From contig OZ024743.1 in the NCBI GenBank assembly GCA_964016885.1, positions 47,182,001 to 47,246,000 of the forward strand: a stretch of DNA of 64,000 nucleotides, written 5' to 3'. Shown here in pieces: positions 27,675 through 42,425 of this stretch; positions within the stretch are counted from its first letter, which is position 1, and every line of letters begins with the position of its first letter. This DNA is from Eledone cirrhosa. Its lineage: Eukaryota. The position numbers and the translations under genes were made by a program. Under the pieces are notes generated by a model, which saw only the letters and a list, made by a program, of their open reading frames with translations, was not told where the DNA came from and made no database searches.

Positions 27675-30600
27675 AGACATATGTAGGTAAGACATATGTA
27701 GGTAAGTCATGTGTAGGTAAGACATATGTAGGTAAGATATGTGTAGGTAAGACATGTGTAGGTAAGACATATGTAGTAAGACATGTGTAGGTAAGACATA
27801 TGTAGGTAAGACATATGTAGTAAGACACGTATAGGTAAGACATACGTAGGTAAGACATGTGTAGGTAAGACATATGTAGGTAAGATATGTGTAGGTAAGA
27901 CATGTGTAGGTAAGACATATGTAGTAAGACATGTGTAGGTAAGACATATGTAGGTAAGACATATGTAGGTAAGACATATGTAGGTAAGACATATGTAGGT
28001 AAGACATGTAGGTAAGGCATATGAAGGTAAGACATGTGTAGGTAAGACATGTGTCTTTTAGATCGGTTAATTTAATTTATTCGGTCCTCAATGTTGCCAT
28101 TGACTGACCAACGGTCAAAAATACAGATACAATATTGACACAAACACATATATAGTCTAACATGTGTAGGTAAGACATGTGTAGGTAAGACATGTGTAGG
28201 TAAAACATATGTAGGTAAGACATGTGTAGGTAAAACATATGTAGGTAAGACATGTGTAGGTAAGACATATGTAGGTAAGACATATGTAGGTAAGACATGT
28301 AGGTAAGGCATATGAAGGTAAGACATGTGTAGGTAAGACATGTGTCTTTTAGATCGGTTAATTTAATTTATTCGGTCCTCAATGTTGCCATTGACTGAAC
28401 AACGGTCAAAAATACAGATACAATATTGACACAAACACATATATAGTCTAACATGTGTAGGTAAGACATATGTAGGTAAGACATATGTAGGTAAGACATG
28501 TAAGTAAGACATGTGTAGGTAAGACATATGTAGGTAAGACATATGTAGGTAAGACATGTGTAGGTAAGACATATGTAGGTAAGACATATGTAAGTAAGAC
28601 ATATGTAGGTAAGACATATGTAGGTAAGACATATGTAGGTAAGGCATATGAAGGTAAAACATGTGTAGATAAGATATGTGTAGGTAAGACATGTGTAGGT
28701 AAGACATATGTAGTAAGACATGTGTAGGTAAGACATGTGTAGGTAAGACATATGTAAGTAAGACATGTGTAGGTAAGATATATGTAGGTAAGACATATGT
28801 AGGTAAGACATGTGTAGGTAAGACATGTGTAGGTAAGATATATGAACGTAAGACATATGTAGGTAAGACATATCTTTGTAAGACATGTGTAGGTAAGACA
28901 TATGTAGGTAAGACATATGTAGGTAAGACATACGTTTGTAAGACATGTGTAGGTAAGATATATGAAGGTAAGACATGTGTAGGTAAGACATATGTAGGTA
29001 AGGCATGTATAGGTAAGACATGTGTAGGTAAGACATATGTAAGTAAGACATGTGTAGGTAAGACATATGTAGGTAAGACATATGTAGGTAAGACATATGT
29101 AAGTAAGACATGTGTAGGTAAGACATATGAAGGTAAGACATATGTAGGTAAGACATGTAAGTAAGACATGTGTAGGGAAGACATATGTAGGTAAGACATA
29201 TGTAGGTAAGACATGTGTAGGTAAGACATATGTAGGTAAGACATATGTAAGTAAGACATATGTAGGTAAGACATATGTAGGTAAGACATATGTAGGTAAG
29301 GCATATGAAGGTAAGACATGCGTAGATAAGATATGTGTAGGTAAGACATGTGTAGGTAAGACATATGTAGGTAAGGCATGTGTAGGTAAGACATGTGTAG
29401 GTAAGACATATGTAGGTAAGACATGTGTAGGTAAGACAAATGTAGGTAAGATATGTGTAGGTAAGACATATGTAGGTAAGACATATGTAGGTAAGACATA
29501 TGTAGATAAGGCATATGTAGGTAAGGCATGTGTAGGTAAGACATATGTAGGTAAGACATATGAGACATATGTAGGTAAGACATATGTAGGTAAGACATGT
29601 GTAGGTAAGACATGTGTAGGTAAGACATATGATACATATGTAGGTAAGACATATGTAGGTAAGACATATGTACGTGAGACATGTGTAGGTAAGACATGTG
29701 TAGGTAAGACATATTTAGGTAAGACATATGTAGGTAATACATATGTAGGTAAGACATGTGTAGGTAAGACATATGTAGGTAAGACATGTGTAGGTAAGAC
29801 ATATGTAAGTAAGACATGTGTAGGTAAGACATGTGTAGGTAAGACATACGTAGGTAAGACATATGAGACATATGTAGGTAAGACATATGTAGGTAAGACA
29901 TATGTAAGTAAGACATAAGTAGGTAAGACATGTGTAGGTAAGACATGTGTAGGTAAGACATATGTAGGTAAGACATATGTAGGTAAGACATGTGTAGGTA
30001 AGACATGTGTAGGTAAGACATGTGTAGGTAAGACATATGTAGGTAAGACATCTGTAGGTAAGACATGTGTAGGTAAGACATGTGTAGGTAAGACATATGT
30101 AGGTAAGACTTGTGTAGGTAAGACATGTGTAGGTAAGACATATGTAGGTAAGACATGTGTAGGTAAGACATATGTAGGTAAGACATATGTAGGTAAGACA
30201 CGTATAGGTAAGACATACGTAGGTAAGACATGTGTACGTAAGACATGTGTAGGTAAGACATATGTAGGTAAGACATGTGTAGGTAAGACATGTGTAGGTA
30301 AGACATGTGTAGGTAAGACATATATAGGTAAGACATGTGTACGAAAGACATATGTAGGTAAGACATATGTAGGTAAGACATATGTAGGTAAGACATATGT
30401 AGGTAAGTCCTGTGTAGGTAAGACATATGTAGGTAAGACATATGTAGGTAAGTCATGTGTAGGTAAGACAATTGTAGGTAAGACATATGTAGGTAAGGCA
30501 TATGAAGGTAAGACATGTGTAGGTAAGATATGTGTAGGTAAGACATGTGTAGGTAAGACATATGTAGGTAAGACATGTGTAGGTAAGACATATGAAGGTA

Positions 30601-33600
30601 AGACATGTGTAGGTAAGACATGTGTAGGTAAGACATGTGTAGGTAAGACATGTGTAAGTAAGACATGTGTAGGTAATAGATATGTAGGTAAGACATATGT
30701 AGGTACGACACGTGTTGGTAAGACATGTGTAGGTAAGATATATGAAGGTAAGACATGTGTAGGTAAGACATGTGTAGGTAAGACATATGTAGGTAAGACA
30801 TGTGTAGGTAAGACATATGTAGGTAAGATATGTGTAGGTAAGACATATGTAGGTAAGACATGTGTAGGTAAGACATATGTAGGTAAGGCATGTGTAGGTA
30901 AGGCATGTGTAGGTAAGACATATGTAGGTAAGACATATGTAGGTAAGACATGTGTAGGTAAGACATATGAGACATATGTAGGTAAGACATATGTAGGTAA
31001 GACATATGTAGGTAAGACATATGTAGGTAAGACATGTGTAGGTTAGACATGTGTAGGTAAGACATATGTAGGTAAGTCATATGTAGGTAATACATATATA
31101 GGTAACATATGTGTAGGTAAGACATATGTAGGTAAGACATATGTAAGTAAGACACGTGTAGATAAGACATGTGTAGGTAAGACATATGTAGGTAAGACAT
31201 ATGAGACATATGTAGGTAAGACATATGTAGGTAAGACATGTGTAGGTAAGACATGTGTAGGTAAGACATATGTAGGTAAGATATGTGTAGGTAAGACATA
31301 TATAGGTAAGACATATGTAGGTAAGACACATGTAGGTAAAGCATGTGTAGGTAAGACATGTGTAGGTAAGATATGTGTAGGTAAGACATATGTAGGTAAG
31401 ACATGTGTAGGTAAGGCATGTGTAGGTAAGACATATGTAGGTAAGACATATGTAGGTAAGTCATGTGTAGGTAAGACATATGTAGGTAAGACATATGTAG
31501 GTAACACATATGTAAGTAAGACATGTGTAGTTAAGACATGTGTAGGTAAGACATATGTAGGTAAGACATATGTAGGTAACGCATATGTCGGTAAGACATG
31601 TGTATGTAAGACATGTGTAGGTAAGACATATGTAGGTAAGACATGCGTAGGTAAGACATATGTAGGTAAGACATATGTAGGTAAGACATATGTAGGTAAG
31701 ATAGATGAAGGTAAGACATATGTAGGTAAGACATATGTAGGTAAGACATATGTAGGTAAGACATGTGTAGGTAATACATATGTAGGTAAGACATATGTAG
31801 GTAAGACATGTGTTGGTAAGACATGTGTAGGTAAGATATATGAAGGTAAGACATATGTAGGTAAGACATATGTTTGTAAGACATGTGTAGGTAAGATATA
31901 TGAAGGTAAGACATGTCTAGGAAAGACATGTGTAGGTAAGACATATGTAGGTAAGATATGTGTAGGTAAGACATATGTAGGTAAGACATATGTAGGTAAG
32001 ATATATGTAGGTAAGGCATGTGTAGGTAAGGCATGTGTAGGTAAGACATATGTAGGTAAGACATATGAGACATATGTAGGTAAGACATATGTAGGTAAGA
32101 CATGTGTAGGTAAGACATGTGTAGGTAAGACATATGAGACATATGTAGGTAAGACATATGTAGGTAAGACATATGTAGGTAAGACATGTGTAGGTTAGAC
32201 ATGTGTAGGTAAGACATATGTATGTAAGACATATGTAGGTAATACATATATAGGTAAGACATGTGTAGGTAAGACATATGTAGGTAAGACATATGTAAGT
32301 AAGACACGTGTAGATAAGACATGTGTAGGTAAGACATATGTAGGTAAGACATTTGAGACATATGTAGGTAAGACATATGTAGGTAAGACATGTGTAGGTA
32401 AGACATGTGTAGGTAAGACATATGAGACATATGTAGGTAAGACATGTGTAGGTAAGACATATGTAGGTAAGACACATGTAGGTAAAGCATGTGTAGGTAA
32501 GACATGTGTAGGTAAGACATATGTAGGTAAGACATATGTAGGTAAGACATGTGTAGGTTAGACATGTGTAGGTAAGACATATGTAGGTAAGACATATGTA
32601 GGTAATACATATATAGGTAAGACATGTGTAGGTAAGACATATGTAGGTAAGACATATGTAGGTAAGACATGTGTAGGTAAGGCATGTGTAGGTAAGACAT
32701 ATGTAGGTAAGACATATGTAGGTAAGACACATGTAGGTAAAGCATGTGTAGGTAAGACATGTGTAGGTAAGACATATGTAGGTAAGACATATGTAGGTAA
32801 GACATGTGTAGGTTAGACATGTGTAGGTAAGACATATGTAGGTAAGACATATGTAGGTAATACATATATAGGTAAGACATGTGTAGGTAAGACATATGTA
32901 GGTAAGACATATGTAGGTAAGACATGTGTAGGTAAGGCATGTGTAGGTAAGACATATGTAGGTAAGACATATGAGACATATGTAGGTAAGACATATGTAG
33001 GTAAGTCATGTGTAGGTAAGACATATGTAGGTAAGACATATGTAGGTACGACATATGTAAGTAAGACATGTGTAGTTAAGACATGTGTAGGTAAGACATA
33101 TGTAGGTAAGACATATGTAGGTAAGGCATATGTAGGTAAGACATGTGTAGGTAAGACATATGAGACATATGTAGGTAAGACATGTGTAGGTAAGACATAT
33201 GTAGGTAAGACACATGTAGGTAAAGCATGTGTAGGTAAGACATGTGTAGGTAAGACATATGTAGGTAAGACATATGTAGGTAAGACATGTGTAGGTTAGA
33301 CATGTGTAGGTAAGACATATGTAGGTAAGACATATGTAGGTAATACATATATAGGTAAGACATGTGTAGGTAAGACATATGTAGGTAAGACATATGTAGG
33401 TAAGACATGTGTAGGTAAGGCATGTGTAGGTAAGACATATGTAGGTAAGACATATGTAGGTAAGACACATGTAGGTAAAGCATGTGTAGGTAAGACATGT
33501 GTAGGTAAGACATATGTAGGTAAGACATATGTAGGTAAGACATGTGTAGGTTAGACATGTGTAGGTAAGACATATGTAGGTAAGACATATGTAGGTAATA

Positions 33601-34525
33601 CATATATAGGTAAGACATGTGTAGGTAAGACATATGTAGGTAAGACATATGTAGGTAAGACATGTGTAGGTAAGGCATGTGTAGGTAAGACATATGTAGG
33701 TAAGACATATGAGACATATGTAGGTAAGACATATGTAGGTAAGTCATGTGTAGGTAAGACATATGTAGGTAAGACATATGTAGGTACGACATATGTAAGT
33801 AAGACATGTGTAGTTAAGACATGTGTAGGTAAGACATATGTAGGTAAGACATATGTAGGTAAGGCATATGTAGGTAAGACATGTGTATGTAAGACATGTG
33901 TAGGTAAGACATATGTAGGTAAGACATGCGTAGGTAAGACATATGTAGGTAAGACATATGTAGGTAAGACATATGTAGGTAAGATATATGAAGGTAAGAC
34001 ATATGTAGGTAAGACATATGTAGGTAAGACATATGTAGGTAAGACGTATGTAGGTAAGACATATGTAGGTAAGACATATGTTTGTAAGACATATGTAGGT
34101 GAGACATATGTAAGTAAGACATATGAAGGTAAGACATATGTAGGTAAGACATATATAGGTAAGGCATGTGTAGGTAAAACATGTGTAGGTAAGACATATG
34201 TAGGTAAGACATATGTAGGTGAGACATCTGTAGGTAAGAGATGTGTAGGTAAGACTTGTGTAGGTAAGACTTGTCTAGGTAAGACATATGTAGGTAAGAC
34301 ATATGTAGGTAAGACATATGTAGGTAAGACATGTGTAGGTAAGGCATGTGTAGGTAAGCCATGTGTATGTAAGACATATGTAGGTAAGTCATGTGTAGGT
34401 AAGACATATGTAGGTAAGTCATGTGTAGGTAAGACATATGTAGGTAAGACTTGTGTAGGTAAGACATGTTTAGGTAAGACATATGTAGGTAAGACATCTG
34501 TAGGTAAGACATGTGTAGGTAAGAC
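27675..34525 (+). repeat. 15-bp satellite ACAT(A/G)TGTAGGTAAG, roughly 440 units
   Basis: Directly visible; interrupted at 28051-28156 and 28342-28447 by inverted copies of 27509-27616. Confidence 0.98.
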
Positions 34526-35155
34526 GTAGCGTAGGAGAAAGGCTGAAAGAACACTGGAGAGAACTCCAAGATGAGAACAACTCATCAGTACTCCACCAAC
34601 ATACCAGAATGGAACGTGGAGGCTCCCTGGAGAACATCGAGATAAAAATGATATCTACACACAGAGCAGACGCTAGGCTCCGACAGATTACTGAAGTTTC
34701 AAACATAAATGAACTTCACCAAATTTAAATAGAAAGCATGAATGGAATAATAACAACTTCATAACATTATGACGAGTAGGAAAGAGAGAAGACTGAGAAA
34801 AATACCCCCCTCCCACCACAGACGTAACACATGCGCAGCTCAGGTACAAGGCTCACAAAGACAAGATGGGATAAATCAGAACAAAGATGAGACACAAAGT
34901 ATCAAAAGTAGTGACTGAAGAGGTCACAGAATGTGAGACAAAAGAGCTCTGACTATCAACAACTATACAACCACCCGCTTATTGAACTAACCGACAGGAA
35001 ATTATAATAATAAATTGAAGCGAAAACCAACTGGTGTGTGTGTGGTGTGTGTGCTTTTATGGGCAGCATTACCCTCCCAAAGTATAACAGTATCTGTTTC
35101 AACACACGTTTTCACATAAAACATCTTGCAAAACAAATACAAAAGCGAAGTATAT
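34525..35155 (+). mobile_element. 3' fragment of a Penelope-like element: GIY-YIG C-terminal half, 3'UTR, tail and extension
   Basis: RSVGERLKEHWRELQDENNSSVLHQH...RQITEVSNINEL, then frameshift, PNLNRKHEW...* (stop 34770-34772); ends in a TA-rich tract. Confidence 0.8.
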
Positions 35156-35157
35156 AG

Positions 35158-35188
<31 letters not shown>

Positions 35189-35869
35189 AGATATAGATAT
35201 GTACATATGTATACATACATACATACATATACATACATATACATATATATACCTACATACATATACATAATGTATATAAATATGCACATACATATATATA
35301 TATATACACACACTTACATATATATATAAATATATATATATGATATATAGGAGAAAGTATGACCCCGACGGCAGAGCTCAAGCCGTTTCTGGCTATTTCT
35401 GGACCAAATAGTCTAGAAATAGCCGTCGAAACGGCTTGAGCTCTGCCGTCGGGGTCATACTTTCTCCTATTACCCACTCTACTACCCTAAGTATTGAGTA
35501 CTCTGGTGCGTTATGGTCCATCTGGTTCCTTACCACAACTCCTTCGTTATATATGATATATGTATAAATGTATATATGTATATATATATATGTATGTATG
35601 TGTGTATGTATGTATATATGTATGTACATATGTATGTATTTTTATACACATATATCTGTATCCGTTTATACACTCACACATACATTGACATATAATGTAC
35701 GTGTGTACGTGTGTACGTGTTTTAAATACTCCCAATATTCCTGAGCCATCAAAGTCCTTTTTTCTCGAAAGTAGAACAGGAAATGATAATTACCATAACA
35801 TAGTTTAATACTGAACACTTATTCCATCAATTAATTCTATATAACAATATATATTCTCCTCTGAAATAA

Positions 35870-36378
<509 letters not shown>

Positions 36379-36473
36379 CACTTCTAGCATAGGTACTAGG
36401 CTAGAAATTTTAAGGGAGAGGAACAATCGGTTATATCACACCAGTACTATATATATATATATACATACATACA

Positions 36474-36565
<92 letters not shown>

Positions 36566-36570
<5 letters not shown>

Positions 36571-37022
36571 ATGCTTTGAGAGGGTCATGTTGCCAATAAG
36601 AAACACACGCACCAGTTGCTTTCACTACAATTTATTATATATTAAATTTATAAAGTTAAGAATTTATAAATTTCCGGTTGGTTGGTTGGTTCCACAACCG
36701 GATCGTTGTTCATATATTGTCAAAGTTCTTTCGTCACACATTCCGTAACCTCTTCAGTGACTGGGGATTCTTTTCTTTGTTTTTGTGCCTCTCTTTTGTT
36801 CTGTCCTACACCATCAATATATGAACAACCGTCCGGTTGTGGAACCAACCAATCAACCGGAAATTTATAAATTCTTAAATTTATAAAATTAATTTATAAT
36901 AAATTGGAGTGAAAGCACTAGTGCGTGTGTTTCTTATTGGCAACATGACCCTCCCAAAGTATAACAATATCGGTTTCAACACACGTTTTCAGATAAAGAA
37001 TCTTGCTAAACAAATTCAGAAA

Positions 37023-37024
<2 letters not shown>
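36566..37024. mobile_element. Asymmetric fold-back element (tail family shared with 27291 and 35071)
   Basis: Arms 36566-36719 / 36814-36968, ~55 nt extension similar to 35090-35150; (TA)n flanks. Confidence 0.8.
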
Positions 37025-37106
<82 letters not shown>

Positions 37107-37358
37107 ATCAAAGAAATAACAATAGAAATAAAGTGTAGCACATATATTTAGACGAAAATAAAACCTCCATTATACATGCATACTGGAGAGTGATGGGCTC
37201 TGCCAGGGGTCAAATATCTTAGAAATGCAGAATGTTAATTCAGCACTCCCATAACACCTTCGGGAGTTACGAGACCATACATACATACATACATACATAC
37301 ATACATACATACATACATACATACATACATACATACATACATACATACATACATACAT

Positions 37359-38761
37359 CGTTCATATATCATAAGTGTATGTATCGTTCAGATATGATGG
37401 ACCCATAAATAAGGAGAGAACCAGAACTGATTACCTCAGAAGAGTAAAGAAAATATGGTCATCAGAACTGTCAGCATACAACAAATACATTGCCCACAAT
37501 ACTTATGCTGTGCCAATTCTAACGCCAACATTTGGCCTACTGAACTGGTCATTGCAAGAACTAAGTGAGATGGATGTTAGAACTCGAAAACTTCTCAGTG
37601 TTACTGGGAACTTTAACATCAATGGTGATGTGGATAGGCTATACTTCTCACGCAAGGAAGGTGGCCGGGGTCTAAAATCAATATTAACAACATATGAGAC
37701 CCGGATAGTGACACTGAAGCAACACCTTCAACAGAGGAAAAAGGTTGGCAACCATCTTGCCCAGGTTTATGACCATGAAAAAAGAAATATCATTAGAATA
37801 GCGACTGATCTGGAGGAGAGATATGGAATAAAGCCCGATATAAATCTCTCACCCAGAGAAATCGGAAGATCCTATTCAATGTTCAAACAAGAAAAAAAAA
37901 TTGACCAATTTACAGAAAAAGTTGTGCATGGATACTTGAGGCGTAAAACACAGACCATAGAGGGGATAAACCACTCAAAAAGCCTGGCATGGAATTCCGA
38001 CAAGTTTATGACATCACACCTTGAGGGATATCTCTATGCAATACAGGAACAAGAACTCCCTACCAAATATCTGCTGCACAAAAGAGGAGGGCCAGCAGCT
38101 GACAATAAATGTAGGCTATGTAAAACAAAGATCGAGGATGTAAGCCACATTGTTGCCAGCTGCGAAAGAATGTCATCTCGCTACTACCTCCCCATGAGAC
38201 ACGATGGGATAGCTAGAACCATCTGGAACGCACTTCGGAAAACAAAATCAACAACAAACGAGGAAGAATATATTGAGACAGATGGCACTAAGGAATACTG
38301 GTGGAACCTGAAAATAAAAACTGCCACCAAATTAAAGCACAACCGGCCTGATATTGTAGTTTGGGACCACACATTGAAAACGTGTCCTGTCGTGGAGATC
38401 AGCTGCCCACTTGATGTAAACGTTGTCAGAAAAATAGAGGAGAAGGAGGACATCTACGGACCATTGATGAGGAGTTTACAAATCCAGTATCCAAGATACA
38501 CCTTTAGCTTCATACCCATCATTATTGGTGCTACGGGTTATATACCAACCCGCTTGGACCAAAGTATGACTGAACTTGGATTTGCGGACAAAAAGCGCAG
38601 CTCCCTAATTCATAGTCTACAAATGGCTGCGATAGCTGGCACCTTCAAAATTTGCAAAACATTCTTGCGATTCAAGGGATGACAATTTCTTTTCTTTTAC
38701 AACCTTGCCACCAGGAAGGTGGCCGGTCAAAAAATATACTCAAAATTAAGAGAAAGAGAAA
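37359..38761 (+). mobile_element. R4/Dong-like RLE non-LTR retrotransposon, family A, 5'-truncated
   Basis: Open ORF 37375-38682: RLYFSRKEGGRGL, AIQEQ, CRLC..HIVASC knuckle, RHD, NRPDIVVWD, VEISCP; (CATA)n on both sides. Confidence 0.88.
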
Positions 38762-38791
38762 CATACATACATACATACATACATACATACA

Positions 38792-38825
<34 letters not shown>

Positions 38826-38840
38826 CGTACATACATACAT

Positions 38841-40187
38841 GGATGATAGAGGCCCTCCAACTTGCTAAAGTCCCAGACATTATTATCAGAACCATAGAGA
38901 GGCTGTCTTCTTGGTATACTATCCTAAGGTTAAAGACAGAGAGGAAGGACTCTATTCTCACTGATAAAATAAAATATTGCAGGGGTATATTTCAGGGGAC
39001 AGTCTGTCTGTGATATTATTCATCTTGTCATTAAACCCCTTATCCTTTCTGCTCAAGAAATGTGAGGGATACATCATTGGCTTACAGGAGGACAGAAATA
39101 CGAACCTAACCCATAATTTCTTTGTGGACGATCTGAAACTCTATGCCAAGAACATGGATGCGATGAAGAAAAATCTTGACCTGGTTACAACGTTCTCAAA
39201 GGATATAGGAATGGAGTTTGGCCAAGATAAATGCTCATATATGACTGTAAAGCGGGAAAAATAACAACCCAATCTAGCAACATTGTCATCAATGGCCTAA
39301 CTGTTTCACCGATATCTGATGAGGACTGCTACAGATACCTGGGGATAGATGAGAACATATCCTATAATGGTATCTGTAATAAAGAACGCGTAACCAGGGA
39401 ATACTACACCCGATTAAGAAAGATCTGGTCATCGGAACTCTCTGCGCAAAACAAAACAGTGGCTCACAATGTGTTTGCTGTGCCTGTCCTAACACCAACG
39501 TTTGGAATACTCAATTGGACGATAGACGAAATCCGAGCAGTTGATGTTGGAACTCGAAAAATACTAAACAACACCGGAAACTTCCACATCAACAGTGACA
39601 TAGACCGTTTTTATTAGATATTTACCAGATATTATGATATTGGACAGGGATAAGAAAGCATGCACAGTAGTGGAAATTAGCTGCCCAGCAGATGCCAATA
39701 TAATATCAAAGATTAGTGAAAAGGAGAATATTTATGCAGAACTGATTAGAAATCTGCAGTTACTCCACCCTGATTACACCTTCAGATTTATGCCTGTGAT
39801 TATTGGGGCACTGGGGTATGTTTGTAACTGCCTCAATACAAATCTTGTGAAGCTAGGCTTCACAGGAACAGAAAGAACACAACTAGTTAGGAAATTACAA
39901 GTACAATCCATTAATGGAACAGTAAAAATATGTAAAACATTCCAGAAATTTTGCATCTAATAACTGCATATACACATGTACAGATGCAAAGCATATACAC
40001 ATGCACACATACAAGTCAAAACATACACATCCACACATACAATAACATCCATATCTACACATGCATGCATACATACATATCTACCTATTGATGTTGTTTA
40101 AATTCCAATGAGAGAGTCTTGTATCTATGTTAGAAACCGACTCTCTCTCTATTGGCAAAACTTTGTGAACTTATAAAGCCAGAAGAA
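38841..40187 (+). mobile_element. R4/Dong-like element, family B, RT fragment with internal deletion
   Basis: GDSLSVILF, FFVDDLKLY, YRYLGI; jumps near 39612 to PDIMILD..VEISCP; (CATA)n flanks. Confidence 0.85.
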
Positions 40188-40558
40188 CATACATACATAT
40201 ACACACACATACATACATACACACACACATACATACATACATACATACATACATACATACGTACATACATACATACATACATATACACACACATACATAC
40301 ATACACACATACATACATACATACATACATACATACGTACATACATACATACATAGATACATAAACACATACATACATACATACATACACACATACATAC
40401 ACACATACATACATACATACAAACATACATGCATACATACATTCACACATTCACACATACATACATATATTCACACATTCACACTTACATACATACATTC
40501 ACGCATTCACGCATACATACATACATGCACACATACATACATACGTACATACACACAT

Positions 40559-40968
40559 GGTGGCTGCCAACTCGTTTTCGAGTACGGCCACTACTTTATA
40601 TCCATATAGGAGAACCCCTACCGATGCGCTAAATAAGTGTGACTTTTAGTCCAGCCAGCGACTTGAAAACTCTGGTACAAACACTACACCTGTGACAATT
40701 ATTGACACATAGTGTTGGGCCCTTGGTACCATGTGACGACAAGTGTAGAGAGATCTCCAGATACAAAGCAATGCCTGTGCCGTGAAGCTTTTATAGTGAG
40801 CAAAGGCACTGCACAAAGCCAGTCCCACTCTCTTAACCCAAGATGATATTTACCAAAAAGAAGAATAAGTCAACATCATTGGATACCATCAGGGTTGCAG
40901 GTGTTATATCAGAGTTTTCCTTCTCCTAGAATTCTGCCTTGACAAAGGCTAAGGGGTCATCTCTCCCG
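40559..40968 (-). mobile_element. Non-autonomous RTE-derived element with (ATGT)n tail (copies 42621-43018, 43145-43487; related 43551-43855, 43881-44035, 63747-63835)
   Basis: Minus strand: RTE 5'UTR-like ctaggagaaggaaaactctgatat, C2H2 finger CSVCTRVFKSLAELKSHTRSAH (42674 copy), terminal stem-loop gtggccgtactcg..cgagttggcagccac then atgt repeats. Confidence 0.72.
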
Positions 40969-41097
40969 AACATACACACATACATGCATACATACATACA
41001 TACATACATACATACATACATACATACATACACGCATACATCCATACATGCACACATACATACATTCACACATACATACATACACACATACATACAT

Positions 41098-42425
41098 CAC
41101 ATAAACAGTGACACAGACCACCTTTACTTGAAACGTAATCAGGGAGGCAGAGGCCTAACATCAGTCCAGACAGCATTTGAATGTCGCATCATATCCCCCC
41201 GACAACATCTACGAACCTCGAAGCGTAGGAGCCCATCTCTCGAGCAAGTCTATCTGCATGAAACAGATAAGATCATGAGAGTTGGGAAGGAACTCCTCGA
41301 GAGATATTCCCTGTGTCATAATCAAAAACTCACACCCAGGGAAATCGCTCAGCAGTATCGCAGTGAATCAATGGATGAAAAACTTCTTGCTTATCAGCAA
41401 AAAATCATGCATGGATATGTTGCCAGGAAGCTCCAGAGTAAGAGTAATATAGATAAGGAAAGTAGTCTATCTTGGACCAACAACCGCTATATTGGCTCCA
41501 CTTTGAAGGATACGCTTTGGCAATCCAAGAACAGGAGATTAACACGAAATACCTCATTCACAAAAGAGATAGGGATGCAGGCAAAACACCTAGATGTGAT
41601 AACAAGTGCAGACTCTGCAGAACTAACATCGAGGATATCACCCATGTCATCAGCAGCTGTCCAAAGATGACATCGCGGTACTATCTACCTATGAGGCATG
41701 ATCTAGTGGCCAAAACAGTGTACAATGCAGTCCGTAAAAAAGATAGCCCCGATAATAAACACATTAAAAGCTACAGCAATGTGGAAGACATCCACGTACA
41801 TAATATGAAAGAGTACTGGTGGAATGTTCCAGTAAAAACCCCAATAAAATGCAGACATAACAGACCAGATATTATGATATGGGACAGGGAGAAGAAAGCA
41901 TGAAGAGTAGTGGAAGTTAGCTGCCCAGCAGATGCCAATATAATATCAAAGATTAGCGAAAAGGAGAATATTTATGCAGAACTGATGAGAAATCGGCAGA
42001 CATTCCACCTTGATTACACCTTCAGATTTATGCCTGTGATTATTGGGGCACTGGGATATGTTAGTAACTGCCTCAATACAAATCTTGTGAAGCTAGGCTT
42101 CACAGGAACAGAAAGAACACAACTAGTTAGGAAATTACAAGTACAATCCATTAATGGAACAGTAAAAATATGTAAAACGTTCCAAAAATTTTGCATCTAT
42201 TAACTGCATATACACATGTACAGATGCAAAGCATATACACATGCACACATACAACTCAAAACATACACATCCACACATACAATATCATCCATATCTACAC
42301 ATGCATACATGCATAATCTACCTAGTTGATGTTGTGTAAATTCCAATGAGAGAGTCTTGTGTCTATGATAGAAACCGACTCTCTCTCTATTGGTAAAACT
42401 TTGTGAAATTATAAAACCAGAAGAA
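41098..42425 (+). mobile_element. R4/Dong-like element, family B, 3' half, frameshifted
   Basis: HLYLKRNQGGRGL, AIQEQ, CRLC..HVISSC, RHD, NRPDIMIWD; 3' ~560 bp nearly identical to 39625-40187. Confidence 0.88.

Noticed and set aside
28363-31524. 1053-aa (MSYLH)n ORF and neighbouring ORFs
   Set aside because: Stop-free frame of the antisense strand of a 15-bp satellite; no unique sequence or gene context.
40559-40592. 5'UTR or HDV-like ribozyme of the R4-like element
   Set aside because: No HDV pseudoknot found; the minus-strand C2H2 finger and RTE motifs indicate it is the 3' stem-loop of an opposite-strand RTE-derived element.
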